DNA of 55,108 nt, from contig CAZWUL010000002.1 in assembly GCA_964636625.1 (NCBI GenBank), positions 1 through 55,108 on the forward strand. The letters run 5' to 3'. Source of the stretch: an uncultured Atribacterota bacterium (GTDB lineage Bacteria > Atribacterota > Phoenicimicrobiia > Phoenicimicrobiales > Stramentimicrobiaceae). Under the pieces are notes generated by a model, which saw nothing but the letters and a program-made list of their open reading frames with translations, was not told the DNA's origin and did no database searches. Every line of letters starts with the position of its first letter. The stretch's first letter is position 1. Both the position numbers and the translations under genes were made by a program. Of the stretch, positions 17,790 to 26,462 are shown piece after piece.

Positions 17790-19292
17790 ATGGATTACAA
17801 AGGAAAACAGGTTATTATTGATAGTGGCTTAAGTGAAGAACGAGTTGCTATCTTAGAAAATAAAAAATTGGTAGAAATACATATTGAGAGATTGGAAGAC
17901 CGTAAAATAATAGGCAATATTTACAAAGGAAAAGTCATGAATGTTTTGCCGGGAATAGAGGCAGCCTTTATTGATATTGGTATTGATAGAAATGCTTTTC
18001 TACATTTAAACGATTTGGAACAATCTCTCGGAAATCAGAAGGATAAAAAAACCGAAGTTAAAGATATGATTAAAGTAGGCCAGGAAATTGATGTACAGGT
18101 TGTGAAAGAAGCTATACTACCAAAGGGTGCAAGGGTGACAACAAACATAAGTCTGCCTGGACGATACCTTGTACTAATGCCCAATAATAATGGGATTGCT
18201 GTTTCCAGGAGAATTGAACAGGAAGACGAAAAAGAAAGATTAAAAAAGATAATGCAAAGCATTAAGAAAAAAGAATATGGCTTTATTGTCCGAACAGCGG
18301 GAGTAGGGAAAGATGAAAGTGATTTTATTTCTGATATGGATTTATTGGTAAGATTATGGAATAAAATTCAAAAAAGAAGTCGAAAAACCAAAGCACCCAT
18401 GCTTTTACATGAAGACTTGAATTTAACTTACAGGGTTATAAGGGATTTGTTTACAGAAGACATAGATGAGTTTGTAGTTAATTCAGAAAAAGAATATGAA
18501 AAAATAATTGGTTTTCTAGATACACTGCTACTCCTTGATTTGAAGCCACGTGTCTCCTTTTATGAGGGGGATAAGCCAATCTTTGAAGAATTTAATATAG
18601 AAAAAGAAATAAATAAGGCTTTAGAGAAAAAAGTCTGGCTAAAGTGTGGTGGTTATCTGGTCTTTGACGAGGTTGAAGCTTTAACTGTTATTGATGTAAA
18701 TACCGGTAAATATGTCGGTGGCAAAAAGATGAAAAATACAATTTTGAAAACTAATTTACAGGCTGCCGAGGAAATCGCCAGGCAATTACGGTTGAGAGAT
18801 ATTGGCGGTATTATTGTTATTGATTTTATTGATATGGATAACAAGGAAGACCAGGAGAAAGTGATAAAGAAATTAGAAGAAGCCCTTAAAAAGGATAAAA
18901 CCAAGTCTAATATTGTACAGACAACTGAATTGGGGCTGGTGGAAATGACCCGAAAGCGTTCTAAGAGAGATCTGGATTCACTGTTAAAAACATCATGCCC
19001 TTATTGTTCAGGCAATGGCAGAATAATGTCTGCGGAAACAGTTAGTAATCAGGTAATTCATAAGTTAGAAGATTTAAGTAAACATTCCAAGGCAGATGCT
19101 ATTTTATTGGGGGTTCATGCAAAGGTAGAAGAAGAGCTATCTGCCAGTAAAATTATGCTTATTAAACAATTGGAAAGAGAGTACCACAAGGCTATTTATA
19201 TTAAGGTATTAAATGACCTGCATCTGGAAAAAATAAAAGTCATTGCAGTTGGAAGAAAAAAGGAAATAAAAAAGATTGCAAAAATGCTATGA
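17790..19292 (+). CDS. rng: Ribonuclease G/E family endoribonuclease
   Basis: S1 domain (GNIYKGKVMNVLPGIEAAFIDIG), catalytic-core motifs (VIDVNTGKYVG, IIVIDFIDM), and a CPYCSGNG zinc link. Confidence 0.85.
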   Translation: MDYKGKQVIIDSGLSEERVAILENKKLVEIHIERLEDRKIIGNIYKGKVMNVLPGIEAAFIDIGIDRNAFLHLNDLEQSLGNQKDKKTEVKDMIKVGQEIDVQVVKEAILPKGARVTTNISLPGRYLVLMPNNNGIAVSRRIEQEDEKERLKKIMQSIKKKEYGFIVRTAGVGKDESDFISDMDLLVRLWNKIQKRSRKTKAPMLLHEDLNLTYRVIRDLFTEDIDEFVVNSEKEYEKIIGFLDTLLLLDLKPRVSFYEGDKPIFEEFNIEKEINKALEKKVWLKCGGYLVFDEVEALTVIDVNTGKYVGGKKMKNTILKTNLQAAEEIARQLRLRDIGGIIVIDFIDMDNKEDQEKVIKKLEEALKKDKTKSNIVQTTELGLVEMTRKRSKRDLDSLLKTSCPYCSGNGRIMSAETVSNQVIHKLEDLSKHSKADAILLGVHAKVEEELSASKIMLIKQLEREYHKAIYIKVLNDLHLEKIKVIAVGRKKEIKKIAKML

Positions 19293-19353
19293 TCAATAAT
19301 AGAGTCAAGAAATACCTTAAATTGTTAAAGGTTTGCATAACCATAAAAATGAT

Positions 19354-19382
19354 TTGACAGGAATTGTTATATATGATAAATT
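19354..19382 (+). promoter_or_regulatory. Sigma-70-type promoter candidate for rplU-rpmA
   Basis: TTGACA (19354-19359), 17-nt spacer, then TAAATT preceded by TGA (extended -10-like TGATAAATT). Confidence 0.5.
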
Positions 19383-19397
19383 TTATAAGCCAAGTAA

Positions 19398-19449
19398 CGC
19401 ACCGCATAGGTTAAAAAGCTAACAGCTACCTATTTGGGCGATTTTTTTT
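19398..19449 (+). promoter_or_regulatory. rplU 5' leader hairpin followed by a U-run (possible L21-leader-type attenuator)
   Basis: cgcaccgcataggt (19398-19411) pairs with acctatttgggcg (19428-19440), about 12 pairs including one G-U with one bulge and one mismatch. Followed by attttttttg just upstream of the rplU SD AGGAGG. Confidence 0.4.
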
Positions 19450-19471
19450 GAAATTAGGAGGAAATTTCTAA

Positions 19472-19789
19472 ATGCATGCAGTTATAACAACTGGAGGGAA
19501 ACAGTACTTAGTTGAGGAAGGAAATATTATTAAGGTAGAAAAACTCGAAGCAAAAGAAGGCGATAAGGTCAAATTTGATGAAGTATTATTGCTGGAAAAA
19601 GATGGTGAATATCAAATTGGACAACCTTTGGTAAAAAATACTTTTGTAGAAGCAAAAGTTTTAAAACAGGGACGGGATAAAAAAATTGTAGTTTTTAAAT
19701 ATAAACCAAAGAAAAAATATCAAAAGAAAATTGGTCACAGGCAGTCTTTTACGCAAATAAAGATTGAAAAGATTGCTGAAGGTAAATAA
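19472..19789 (+). CDS. rplU: 50S ribosomal protein L21
   Basis: MHAVITTGGKQYLVEEG... is the canonical L21 N-terminus. 105 aa. Confidence 0.95.
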   Translation: MHAVITTGGKQYLVEEGNIIKVEKLEAKEGDKVKFDEVLLLEKDGEYQIGQPLVKNTFVEAKVLKQGRDKKIVVFKYKPKKKYQKKIGHRQSFTQIKIEKIAEGK

Positions 19790-19837
19790 GGGATAAATAA
19801 TTTCAAGCTATAGCTTTTTAAAGAGAGGTGAGATAGT

Positions 19838-20098
19838 ATGGCTCATAAAAAAGGACAGGGTTCGGCAAAGAATGGAAGGGATAGCATATCGAAGCGGCTC
19901 GGAGTCAAAAAATTTGGTGGTCAATTAGTGAGAAGCGGCAATATACTCATCAGACAAAGAGGGACCCGGATATTGCCAGGTAAAAATGTTGGACGCGGAA
20001 ATGATGATACATTATTTGCTTTAATTGACGGTTATGTTGAATTTAAAAACAGAGGCAGCAACAGGAAGCAGGTTTCTGTTAATACAATGGAAAAATAA
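19838..20098 (+). CDS. rpmA: 50S ribosomal protein L27
   Basis: [16 protein letters not shown]...[10 protein letters not shown] is canonical L27. Confidence 0.95.
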   Translation: MAHKKGQGSAKNGRDSISKRLGVKKFGGQLVRSGNILIRQRGTRILPGKNVGRGNDDTLFALIDGYVEFKNRGSNRKQVSVNTMEK

Positions 20099-20120
20099 CA
20101 TTTTTTGAGAAATAATTATA

Positions 20121-20152
20121 CCCTGGGTTTTCGAAAAAACTCAGGGTTTTTT
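20121..20152 (+). terminator. Rho-independent terminator after rpmA
   Basis: ccctgggtttt / aaaactcaggg: 11-bp stem including one G-U, 4-nt loop, then TTTTTT (20147-20152). Confidence 0.8.
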
Positions 20153-20198
20153 ACTATTTAGAGAAAAATATCTTTGACTAATAAATAGAAGGATTATA

Positions 20199-21491
20199 AT
20201 GTTTTCTGATAAAGTTATTATAAATGTAAAAGCAGGCAATGGTGGCAATGGAGCTGTGAGTTTTCGAAGAGAGCGTTTTGTTGATAAAGGCGGACCTGAT
20301 GGTGGTGATGGAGGAAAAGGCGGTAATGTATTTATTCAGGCTGATTCCCATACCAAAACTTTAATTCAGCTTTATCGTAAGCCACATTGTAATGCAGAAG
20401 ATGGAGAAAGCGGAAGAGGGCAGAAAAAAAACGGCAAGGATGGCCAGGATTTGTTTCTTAAAGTGCCATTGGGTACGATAGTAGAGGATATAGAAAAAAA
20501 TAAAGAGCTTGCTGATCTTTCCAGTGCTGGAAATAGGATATGTGTTGCCCGGGGTGGAATTGGAGGAAAAGGAAATTACCGTTTTAGAGGTTCACAAAGA
20601 CAAATTCCAAATTTTGCCCAAAAAGGTGAGCCTGGAGAGGAAATAAAGATTAAGCTGAATCTAAAGCTTATTGCTGATGCTGGTCTTGTTGGATTTCCGA
20701 ATGCTGGCAAATCTACTCTTCTTGCACGAATTTCTGCTGCAAAACCAAAAATCGCCGATTATCCCTTTACCACTATTGAACCTAATTTAGGAGTAGTACG
20801 GGTTGATGAAGAAAATTCCTTTGTGATAGCTGATATTCCAGGTTTAATAAAAGGTGCTCATGCAGGCGTAGGAATGGGAACACGTTTTTTAAAACATATT
20901 GAGAGAACCAAAGTACTGGTACATCTTATTGATGGTTCTCAGGTAAACGCAGAAAACCTTTTTCAAAACTATCAAACTATTGAAAATGAATTGAAACAAT
21001 ATGCACAATTTTTAGAAAAAAAGAAAAAAATAGTGACAATAAATAAGTGTGATTTGCCAGAAGTAGCTGAAAAAAGGACATGGATAAAAAAAGAATTTTT
21101 AAAAAAAGGAATTGAGGTAAGCTTTATTTCAGCCGTTAATGGGCAGGGAATACAGGATTTTATTTATAAGTTGCATCATCTCATTGATATTGAGAATATA
21201 AAAGATGCTGAAAGTGAATTATTACCGAAAAAACAAATAGAGGAAAAGAGAGTGAAACAGTATGAGTATGAGCCCAAATTTTCCATAAAAAAAGAGAATG
21301 AAATATTTATTGTAGAAAGTGAGAAAATCGAAAAGATGATTAATCGGTATGATTTAGATAATTACCAGGCGTTGCAATATGTGCAAAAGATTTTAAAAAG
21401 TATGGGAATAGAAAAAGCACTAAAAAAAAGAGGAATTAATGAAGGCGACCGCGTAAAAATTGGTAATATGTATTTTTACTTTTATTCATAG
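20199..21491 (+). CDS. obg: GTPase Obg/CgtA
   Basis: Glycine-rich Obg fold (GNGGNGAVSFRRE, GGDGGKGG), G-domain GFPNAGKST and DIPGLI, and a C-terminal OCT-like extension. Confidence 0.95.
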   Translation: MFSDKVIINVKAGNGGNGAVSFRRERFVDKGGPDGGDGGKGGNVFIQADSHTKTLIQLYRKPHCNAEDGESGRGQKKNGKDGQDLFLKVPLGTIVEDIEKNKELADLSSAGNRICVARGGIGGKGNYRFRGSQRQIPNFAQKGEPGEEIKIKLNLKLIADAGLVGFPNAGKSTLLARISAAKPKIADYPFTTIEPNLGVVRVDEENSFVIADIPGLIKGAHAGVGMGTRFLKHIERTKVLVHLIDGSQVNAENLFQNYQTIENELKQYAQFLEKKKKIVTINKCDLPEVAEKRTWIKKEFLKKGIEVSFISAVNGQGIQDFIYKLHHLIDIENIKDAESELLPKKQIEEKRVKQYEYEPKFSIKKENEIFIVESEKIEKMINRYDLDNYQALQYVQKILKSMGIEKALKKRGINEGDRVKIGNMYFYFYS

Positions 21492-21584
21492 ATACTGTAT
21501 AATGTTATGTAAAATAAATCCATATCACTGTTATAATAGTTATAATAAAAAATCAATAAAAATCTTTTAATAAGGTGAAAAAAA

Positions 21585-24500
21585 ATGATTTGTTGGTCTG
21601 AATTATTCAAAAAAAATAAGAATAGGCAAATCAAAACTCATTTATTGTTCTGTTCAATTGTTGCCCTGTTAATGGTTTTATTATTAGGAGTAAACAGTCT
21701 TGCTGCAGAAGTGTCCCATGTAGCAGTTTATTATTTTTATAACCAGACGGGTAATGCCGACTTGCAATGGCTGGAAGAAGAATTGGCTGTCTCAATAGGG
21801 CAAGCTCTGTCTAAAATTGAGCACATAAATTATATGCCTCTATCTGAGGTAAATAGGCTAGTTGATTACCAGCAATACCAAAATATGGTCAGCAAGAAAG
21901 ACTCAATGATGTTTGGTGAACTTGCAAATATGCTACAGGTTGATTTGCTCTTTTCCGGAAATTATTTCCAGGGGGAAAAAGACTATATCGATTTGGATTT
22001 ACTAATGTATTTGCCTTCTGAGGGTCATTTAGTTGAATTTCGCAGGATGTCTGACTCATTAGAGAATCTAGCTGATTTAAAAGAAAGAGTAATTAAGATT
22101 ATTTTGCAGGAAGCAGGTATAGACCCCAACAGTGTTTCCTTAGAAAATATTCTAGATGTTATGGATATCTATGAAGATGACAAGATAACCGAAGCAGAGG
22201 TATTTATTATTGAAGAAATTCCCCAGGAAATTAAGCCAGATTCCCAGGATACTTCATTAGCCCAGGAATATTTCGAGAAAGCAACAGAACTGAAGAATAA
22301 AGCTATACTTGAATATGGAGGGGTAGATTACCCCAGTAAACCTTTATGGAATGAGGCAATCCAAAATGCCACGAAAGCAGTGGAAACAGATCCTGATTTT
22401 GCTGAAGGTTATTTTCTATTAAGCGAGATTTACAGAAGAACTAAATGGATTGCTCGAGAAATAGAGAGTCTGGAACAATATATTGCTGCAATAAAGAGAA
22501 CCAATAAACAAATTAGTCCGCAAGATTTTTCGAATTTGCTTACCAGGCTTGCTCATTTAAAATACAATGCCGGGGAGACCGTTACGGCTATAAACTATTT
22601 AGAAGAGGCAATCTCTAATAATTCAAATAATATTGAAGCCAGGAACTACTTAATGGAAATTTATTATGCTACCGGACAGGGAGTAAAGGCATTGCAACAG
22701 GCGGAAGAGATTAAGCGAATTAAACCAGATAGTATCGAATTAGACTGGTTTGCCAGTAGAGCACAGAGAATATCTCGGTATGGTCGAGAGGCTTTCGATA
22801 GTTATGAAAATGGGTACAATTTATATATTGCAAAAAATTATCAGGAAGCCATAAGGTATTTGGAACAAGCTATAAGATTGGCTCCTGGATTCAAGGATGC
22901 CCATTATTATCTTGCACTAAGTTATTATCATTATGGGAATTTAGATGGAGCAATCCGTCACTGGGAGGAATCCATTCGATTGGATTCATTTGATAACCAT
23001 GCCAGGATTTATTTGAATAAAGCTCTGGAAGAACGGGAATATGGCAGGGAAGCTGTCTGGAGTTTTAATCAGGGCTATAAACATTATGTCGCTGGAGAAT
23101 ACGATGATGCTTTAGTTGAATTTAAGGAGTCTACTTATTTAAACCCTAATTTTGAAAAGGCCAGAATGTTTTTAATGCGAACATATTACCATTTAAATCG
23201 GATGGATGAATACGTCGAAGAGAGAAAGAAAATTGGCGAAAATATTGAATTTACTGGAGAGCTGGAGAGAGAATATTACCTGTTAGGTTATGATTTTTAT
23301 TCAATTGAGGATTATAATGTGGCACTGGAAAAATTAAAAGATGCTTTAGAGATAAACCCGGATTATCTAGAGGCAAGATTTTTAATTGCTGAAACTCTTT
23401 ATCAGCTAAAAAATTATCGTGAGGCAAGCATTCATTATAAGTATATAATAGATAATTATCCTGGTAGTAATTATTATGAAAATGCTTTATTAGGAGGCGG
23501 CTGGTGTTCATATTTAGTTGAAGATTACCGGCAATCAGAAGAATACCTTGAGCTGTTAAAAAATAATTTTCCCAAGAGTCCTCTATACCAGGAAGGGTTG
23601 TATAAATTAGGCAGAGTTTATTTTAGCCGGGAGAAATACCAGGAAACCATAAATATCTATGAGGAATTATTGCAATTAGAAAATTTAGAATACGAGTATG
23701 AAGAAATTAATTATATATTAGGTCAGTCCTTTTTCTGGATAGAAGATTATAACAACGCAAAAAGTTTGCTCCTGGACATTATAGAAAATTATCCTAACTT
23801 TCAACAGATAGATGAAGCAAAGTATTACTATAGCTTTGTTTTGTTTAGAGAAGAACAATATACCGAAGCAAAAAATATGTTAGAAGAATTGGTAAAGAAG
23901 GAAAGCAGCAAGGTGAATGCAGAGGCATCTTATCTTTTAGGAAGAACATTGCTTGAACTTAGAGAATATGATAGAGTTATTACGATTAACAGTTCTTTGC
24001 TAAATAAAGAGATAGATGACCATATGATGGAGAGGGTATTATTTGATCTGGGTCTATCATATTCGCGTAAAGGTGATGATAGAGAAGCAATTATCTTTTT
24101 TAATCGTGTTATTAGTGAATTTCCTCAGGGAGAATTAGCTAGATTGAGCCGGACTGAGCTTGCCCAGAGTTATTATCATTTGGGACAATACCAGGATTCA
24201 TTGGATATACTGGAAGATATTACTACTAAAGAAGCATTGGAAATAAGAATTGATGCAGCAAGAAAAATCGGCGATGATGAACTATTGCGTTCAATCTATC
24301 AAGAATTTGAAGAAAGATATCCGGATGATGAACTGCCAGCAGATGATTATTATGCTTTGGCAATTACTCAATTTAACAATGGTGAATTCCGTAAAGCAAT
24401 TGAAACTTTAAAAATTTTAGAAAGTGATGATTTAAGTGAAAGCCTAAGAAGAGAGAATAACTACTGGCTTGGACTAAGTTATTACCGGCTTCAGGAGTAT

Positions 24501-25262
24501 GGGCAGGCGAAAGAGTATTTTCAAAGGAATGATTATTTGGTGGGAGATGATTCTGCTATAAAGTCTCTATATATGCTGGCAGAATCTTGTTACCAGCTTG
24601 AAGAATATTCCAGGGCAATAGAATATTATATTGAATTTTTAGAGAATTATGGCAATAATTCATTAGCAGAAAATGTTTATTACAGTATATCATGGAGTTA
24701 CTTAAACAATAATAATTACCAGGAGGCATTAGCTTCTTTTAATTCCCTGAAAGAAAAATACCCTGATAGTCAATTTGTCGAGGAGAGTTCCTTTTTGACA
24801 GGCAAAATACAATTTTTGCTCTCTGATAACCAAAGTTCCAGGCAGAGCCTGATTAACTTCACTGAAAAATATCCAAACAGTCAGTATCGGGAAGAATCGT
24901 TGTATATTATTGCCCAGGTAAGTTTAGAAGCAGAGCAGTGGATTGATAGTATCCTGTATTTTGAAAGATTGATTAATGAATATCCCAATAGCCGCTATTT
25001 GCCTGGTTCTTTATATGGCCTGTGTCTAAGTTATTACCAAAAACAGGAATACAGTAAAGCTTTAGATGTGGGTGAGAGGTATTTAGACGATTTCTCCCAA
25101 GGAACATTTGTATGTGATATTCTTTATATTACTGCTATTTGTCAGGAGGAATTAGAGAATATAGACAACGCTATAAAACAGTATGAAAAGATTGTTTTTG
25201 ATTGTCCAGAAAGTATTTATGTTGAAAGTGCAAAAAAACAAATTGAATTTTTAAGCAGATAA
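21585..25262 (+). CDS. Giant envelope TPR protein: signal/anchor + TolB-N-terminal-like (COG5616-type) segment + more than 20 TPR/YbgF-BamD-like repeats
   Basis: 1225 aa. Hydrophobic segment LLFCSIVALLMVLLLGV. VAVYYFYNQTGNADLQWLEEELAVSIGQALSKI pattern. Pervasive Y/A/L TPR periodicity (AxxYLEEAI..NP, YYLALSYY, etc.). Confidence 0.7.
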   Translation: MICWSELFKKNKNRQIKTHLLFCSIVALLMVLLLGVNSLAAEVSHVAVYYFYNQTGNADLQWLEEELAVSIGQALSKIEHINYMPLSEVNRLVDYQQYQNMVSKKDSMMFGELANMLQVDLLFSGNYFQGEKDYIDLDLLMYLPSEGHLVEFRRMSDSLENLADLKERVIKIILQEAGIDPNSVSLENILDVMDIYEDDKITEAEVFIIEEIPQEIKPDSQDTSLAQEYFEKATELKNKAILEYGGVDYPSKPLWNEAIQNATKAVETDPDFAEGYFLLSEIYRRTKWIAREIESLEQYIAAIKRTNKQISPQDFSNLLTRLAHLKYNAGETVTAINYLEEAISNNSNNIEARNYLMEIYYATGQGVKALQQAEEIKRIKPDSIELDWFASRAQRISRYGREAFDSYENGYNLYIAKNYQEAIRYLEQAIRLAPGFKDAHYYLALSYYHYGNLDGAIRHWEESIRLDSFDNHARIYLNKALEEREYGREAVWSFNQGYKHYVAGEYDDALVEFKESTYLNPNFEKARMFLMRTYYHLNRMDEYVEERKKIGENIEFTGELEREYYLLGYDFYSIEDYNVALEKLKDALEINPDYLEARFLIAETLYQLKNYREASIHYKYIIDNYPGSNYYENALLGGGWCSYLVEDYRQSEEYLELLKNNFPKSPLYQEGLYKLGRVYFSREKYQETINIYEELLQLENLEYEYEEINYILGQSFFWIEDYNNAKSLLLDIIENYPNFQQIDEAKYYYSFVLFREEQYTEAKNMLEELVKKESSKVNAEASYLLGRTLLELREYDRVITINSSLLNKEIDDHMMERVLFDLGLSYSRKGDDREAIIFFNRVISEFPQGELARLSRTELAQSYYHLGQYQDSLDILEDITTKEALEIRIDAARKIGDDELLRSIYQEFEERYPDDELPADDYYALAITQFNNGEFRKAIETLKILESDDLSESLRRENNYWLGLSYYRLQEYGQAKEYFQRNDYLVGDDSAIKSLYMLAESCYQLEEYSRAIEYYIEFLENYGNNSLAENVYYSISWSYLNNNNYQEALASFNSLKEKYPDSQFVEESSFLTGKIQFLLSDNQSSRQSLINFTEKYPNSQYREESLYIIAQVSLEAEQWIDSILYFERLINEYPNSRYLPGSLYGLCLSYYQKQEYSKALDVGERYLDDFSQGTFVCDILYITAICQEELENIDNAIKQYEKIVFDCPESIYVESAKKQIEFLSR

Positions 25263-25346
25263 TAAAATTTAGGGATTGTAAATAATGATTAAAAAGATTA
25301 ATATTATGAATTGTTTAGATTTATATGAAATAGAGGAGGCAACTTA

Positions 25347-26012
25347 TTGATGTTTGAACTATTTAACAAGGGCGGGTTCTTAATGTATCCGATTTTTTTC
25401 TGTTCTTTGCTAGCGATTGCCATTTTTTTCGAAAGGATGTTTTTTCTCAAAAGCATAAAAACATCAACACGTAAATTTGGAAATCGTATTAGCGATTTAA
25501 TTAGAAAAGGGAACATAAATTTCGCCATTAGTGCCTGTAGAAAAAATATTTCGCCCATATCCCAAATCATTTTAGCAGCATTATTAAAATATGGAAATTC
25601 GAGAGATGAAATAAAAGAGGTAATTGAGGATACTGCTAGACAAGAAGTTGCTGTTTTAGAAAGGAATTTGCCTATTCTGGCAACTATCGCTAACATTGCT
25701 CCGTTATTAGGTCTATTAGGTACAGTTTTTGGTATGATAAAAGCTTTTCAGGTAGTTTCGGTTGTTGGGGTAGGTAATCCTGAAGCCCTGGCGGGGGGGA
25801 TATCGGAAGCCTTATTAACTACTGCTTTTGGGCTCTCGGTGGCTATACCAACTATTGTTGCTTATAATTACCTGGCACATCGCGTGGACAGGCAAATTAA
25901 AGAAATGGAATCAACTTCTATAGAAGTGCTGGAATTGTTGACAATTAAGCAAGATATAAAAGAAGAGAAAGAGGAAGGCGTGAAGTTAAATGAAGTTCTC
26001 TCACACCATTAA
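25347..26012 (+). CDS. MotA/TolQ/ExbB proton-channel family protein
   Basis: Three TM segments. Conserved LGLLGTVFGMIKAF and EALLTTAFGLSVAIP motifs. AGGAGG SD. Confidence 0.85.
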   Translation: MMFELFNKGGFLMYPIFFCSLLAIAIFFERMFFLKSIKTSTRKFGNRISDLIRKGNINFAISACRKNISPISQIILAALLKYGNSRDEIKEVIEDTARQEVAVLERNLPILATIANIAPLLGLLGTVFGMIKAFQVVSVVGVGNPEALAGGISEALLTTAFGLSVAIPTIVAYNYLAHRVDRQIKEMESTSIEVLELLTIKQDIKEEKEEGVKLNEVLSHH

Positions 26013-26400
26013 AAAAAGAATTGGTTTTGATATAACTCCCCTTATCGATGTGGTCTTCTTATTATTGATTTTTTTCATGCTGACCACTACTTTTATAAAT
26101 GTAGAAAGTGGGGTAAAAGTTGATTTACCCACCGGTGATTTCGCAGCAGTTGAAGAAAGGCAAAATATAGTAGTATCTATTACAGAAAACAATGTTCTGT
26201 ACATGAACAATAATCTGGTAGATCCTAACAATCTTACTAGAGAAATAAGAGAGGCACTTGAAAACAATATTGGTAGTATGGTTGTACTGGAAGCAGATCA
26301 AAATATCAGTCATGGAAAGGTAGTAAGGGTGATGGATTTGATTAAAAAAGGTGGAGCTGAGCGAATTGCCATTGCTACCAAACCAATCGAAGGAAATTAA
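25990..26400 (+). CDS. ExbD/TolR biopolymer transport protein
   Basis: 136 aa. DITPLIDVVFLLLIFFM N-terminal TM with conserved Asp. Overlaps the exbB end by 23 nt. Confidence 0.85.
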   Translation: MKFSHTIKKRIGFDITPLIDVVFLLLIFFMLTTTFINVESGVKVDLPTGDFAAVEERQNIVVSITENNVLYMNNNLVDPNNLTREIREALENNIGSMVVLEADQNISHGKVVRVMDLIKKGGAERIAIATKPIEGN

Positions 26401-26462
26401 TAAGCATAACAAAAGGAAAAATAGTTTAGTAAAAATAACTAAAAATTAGGATGATTAATTAA

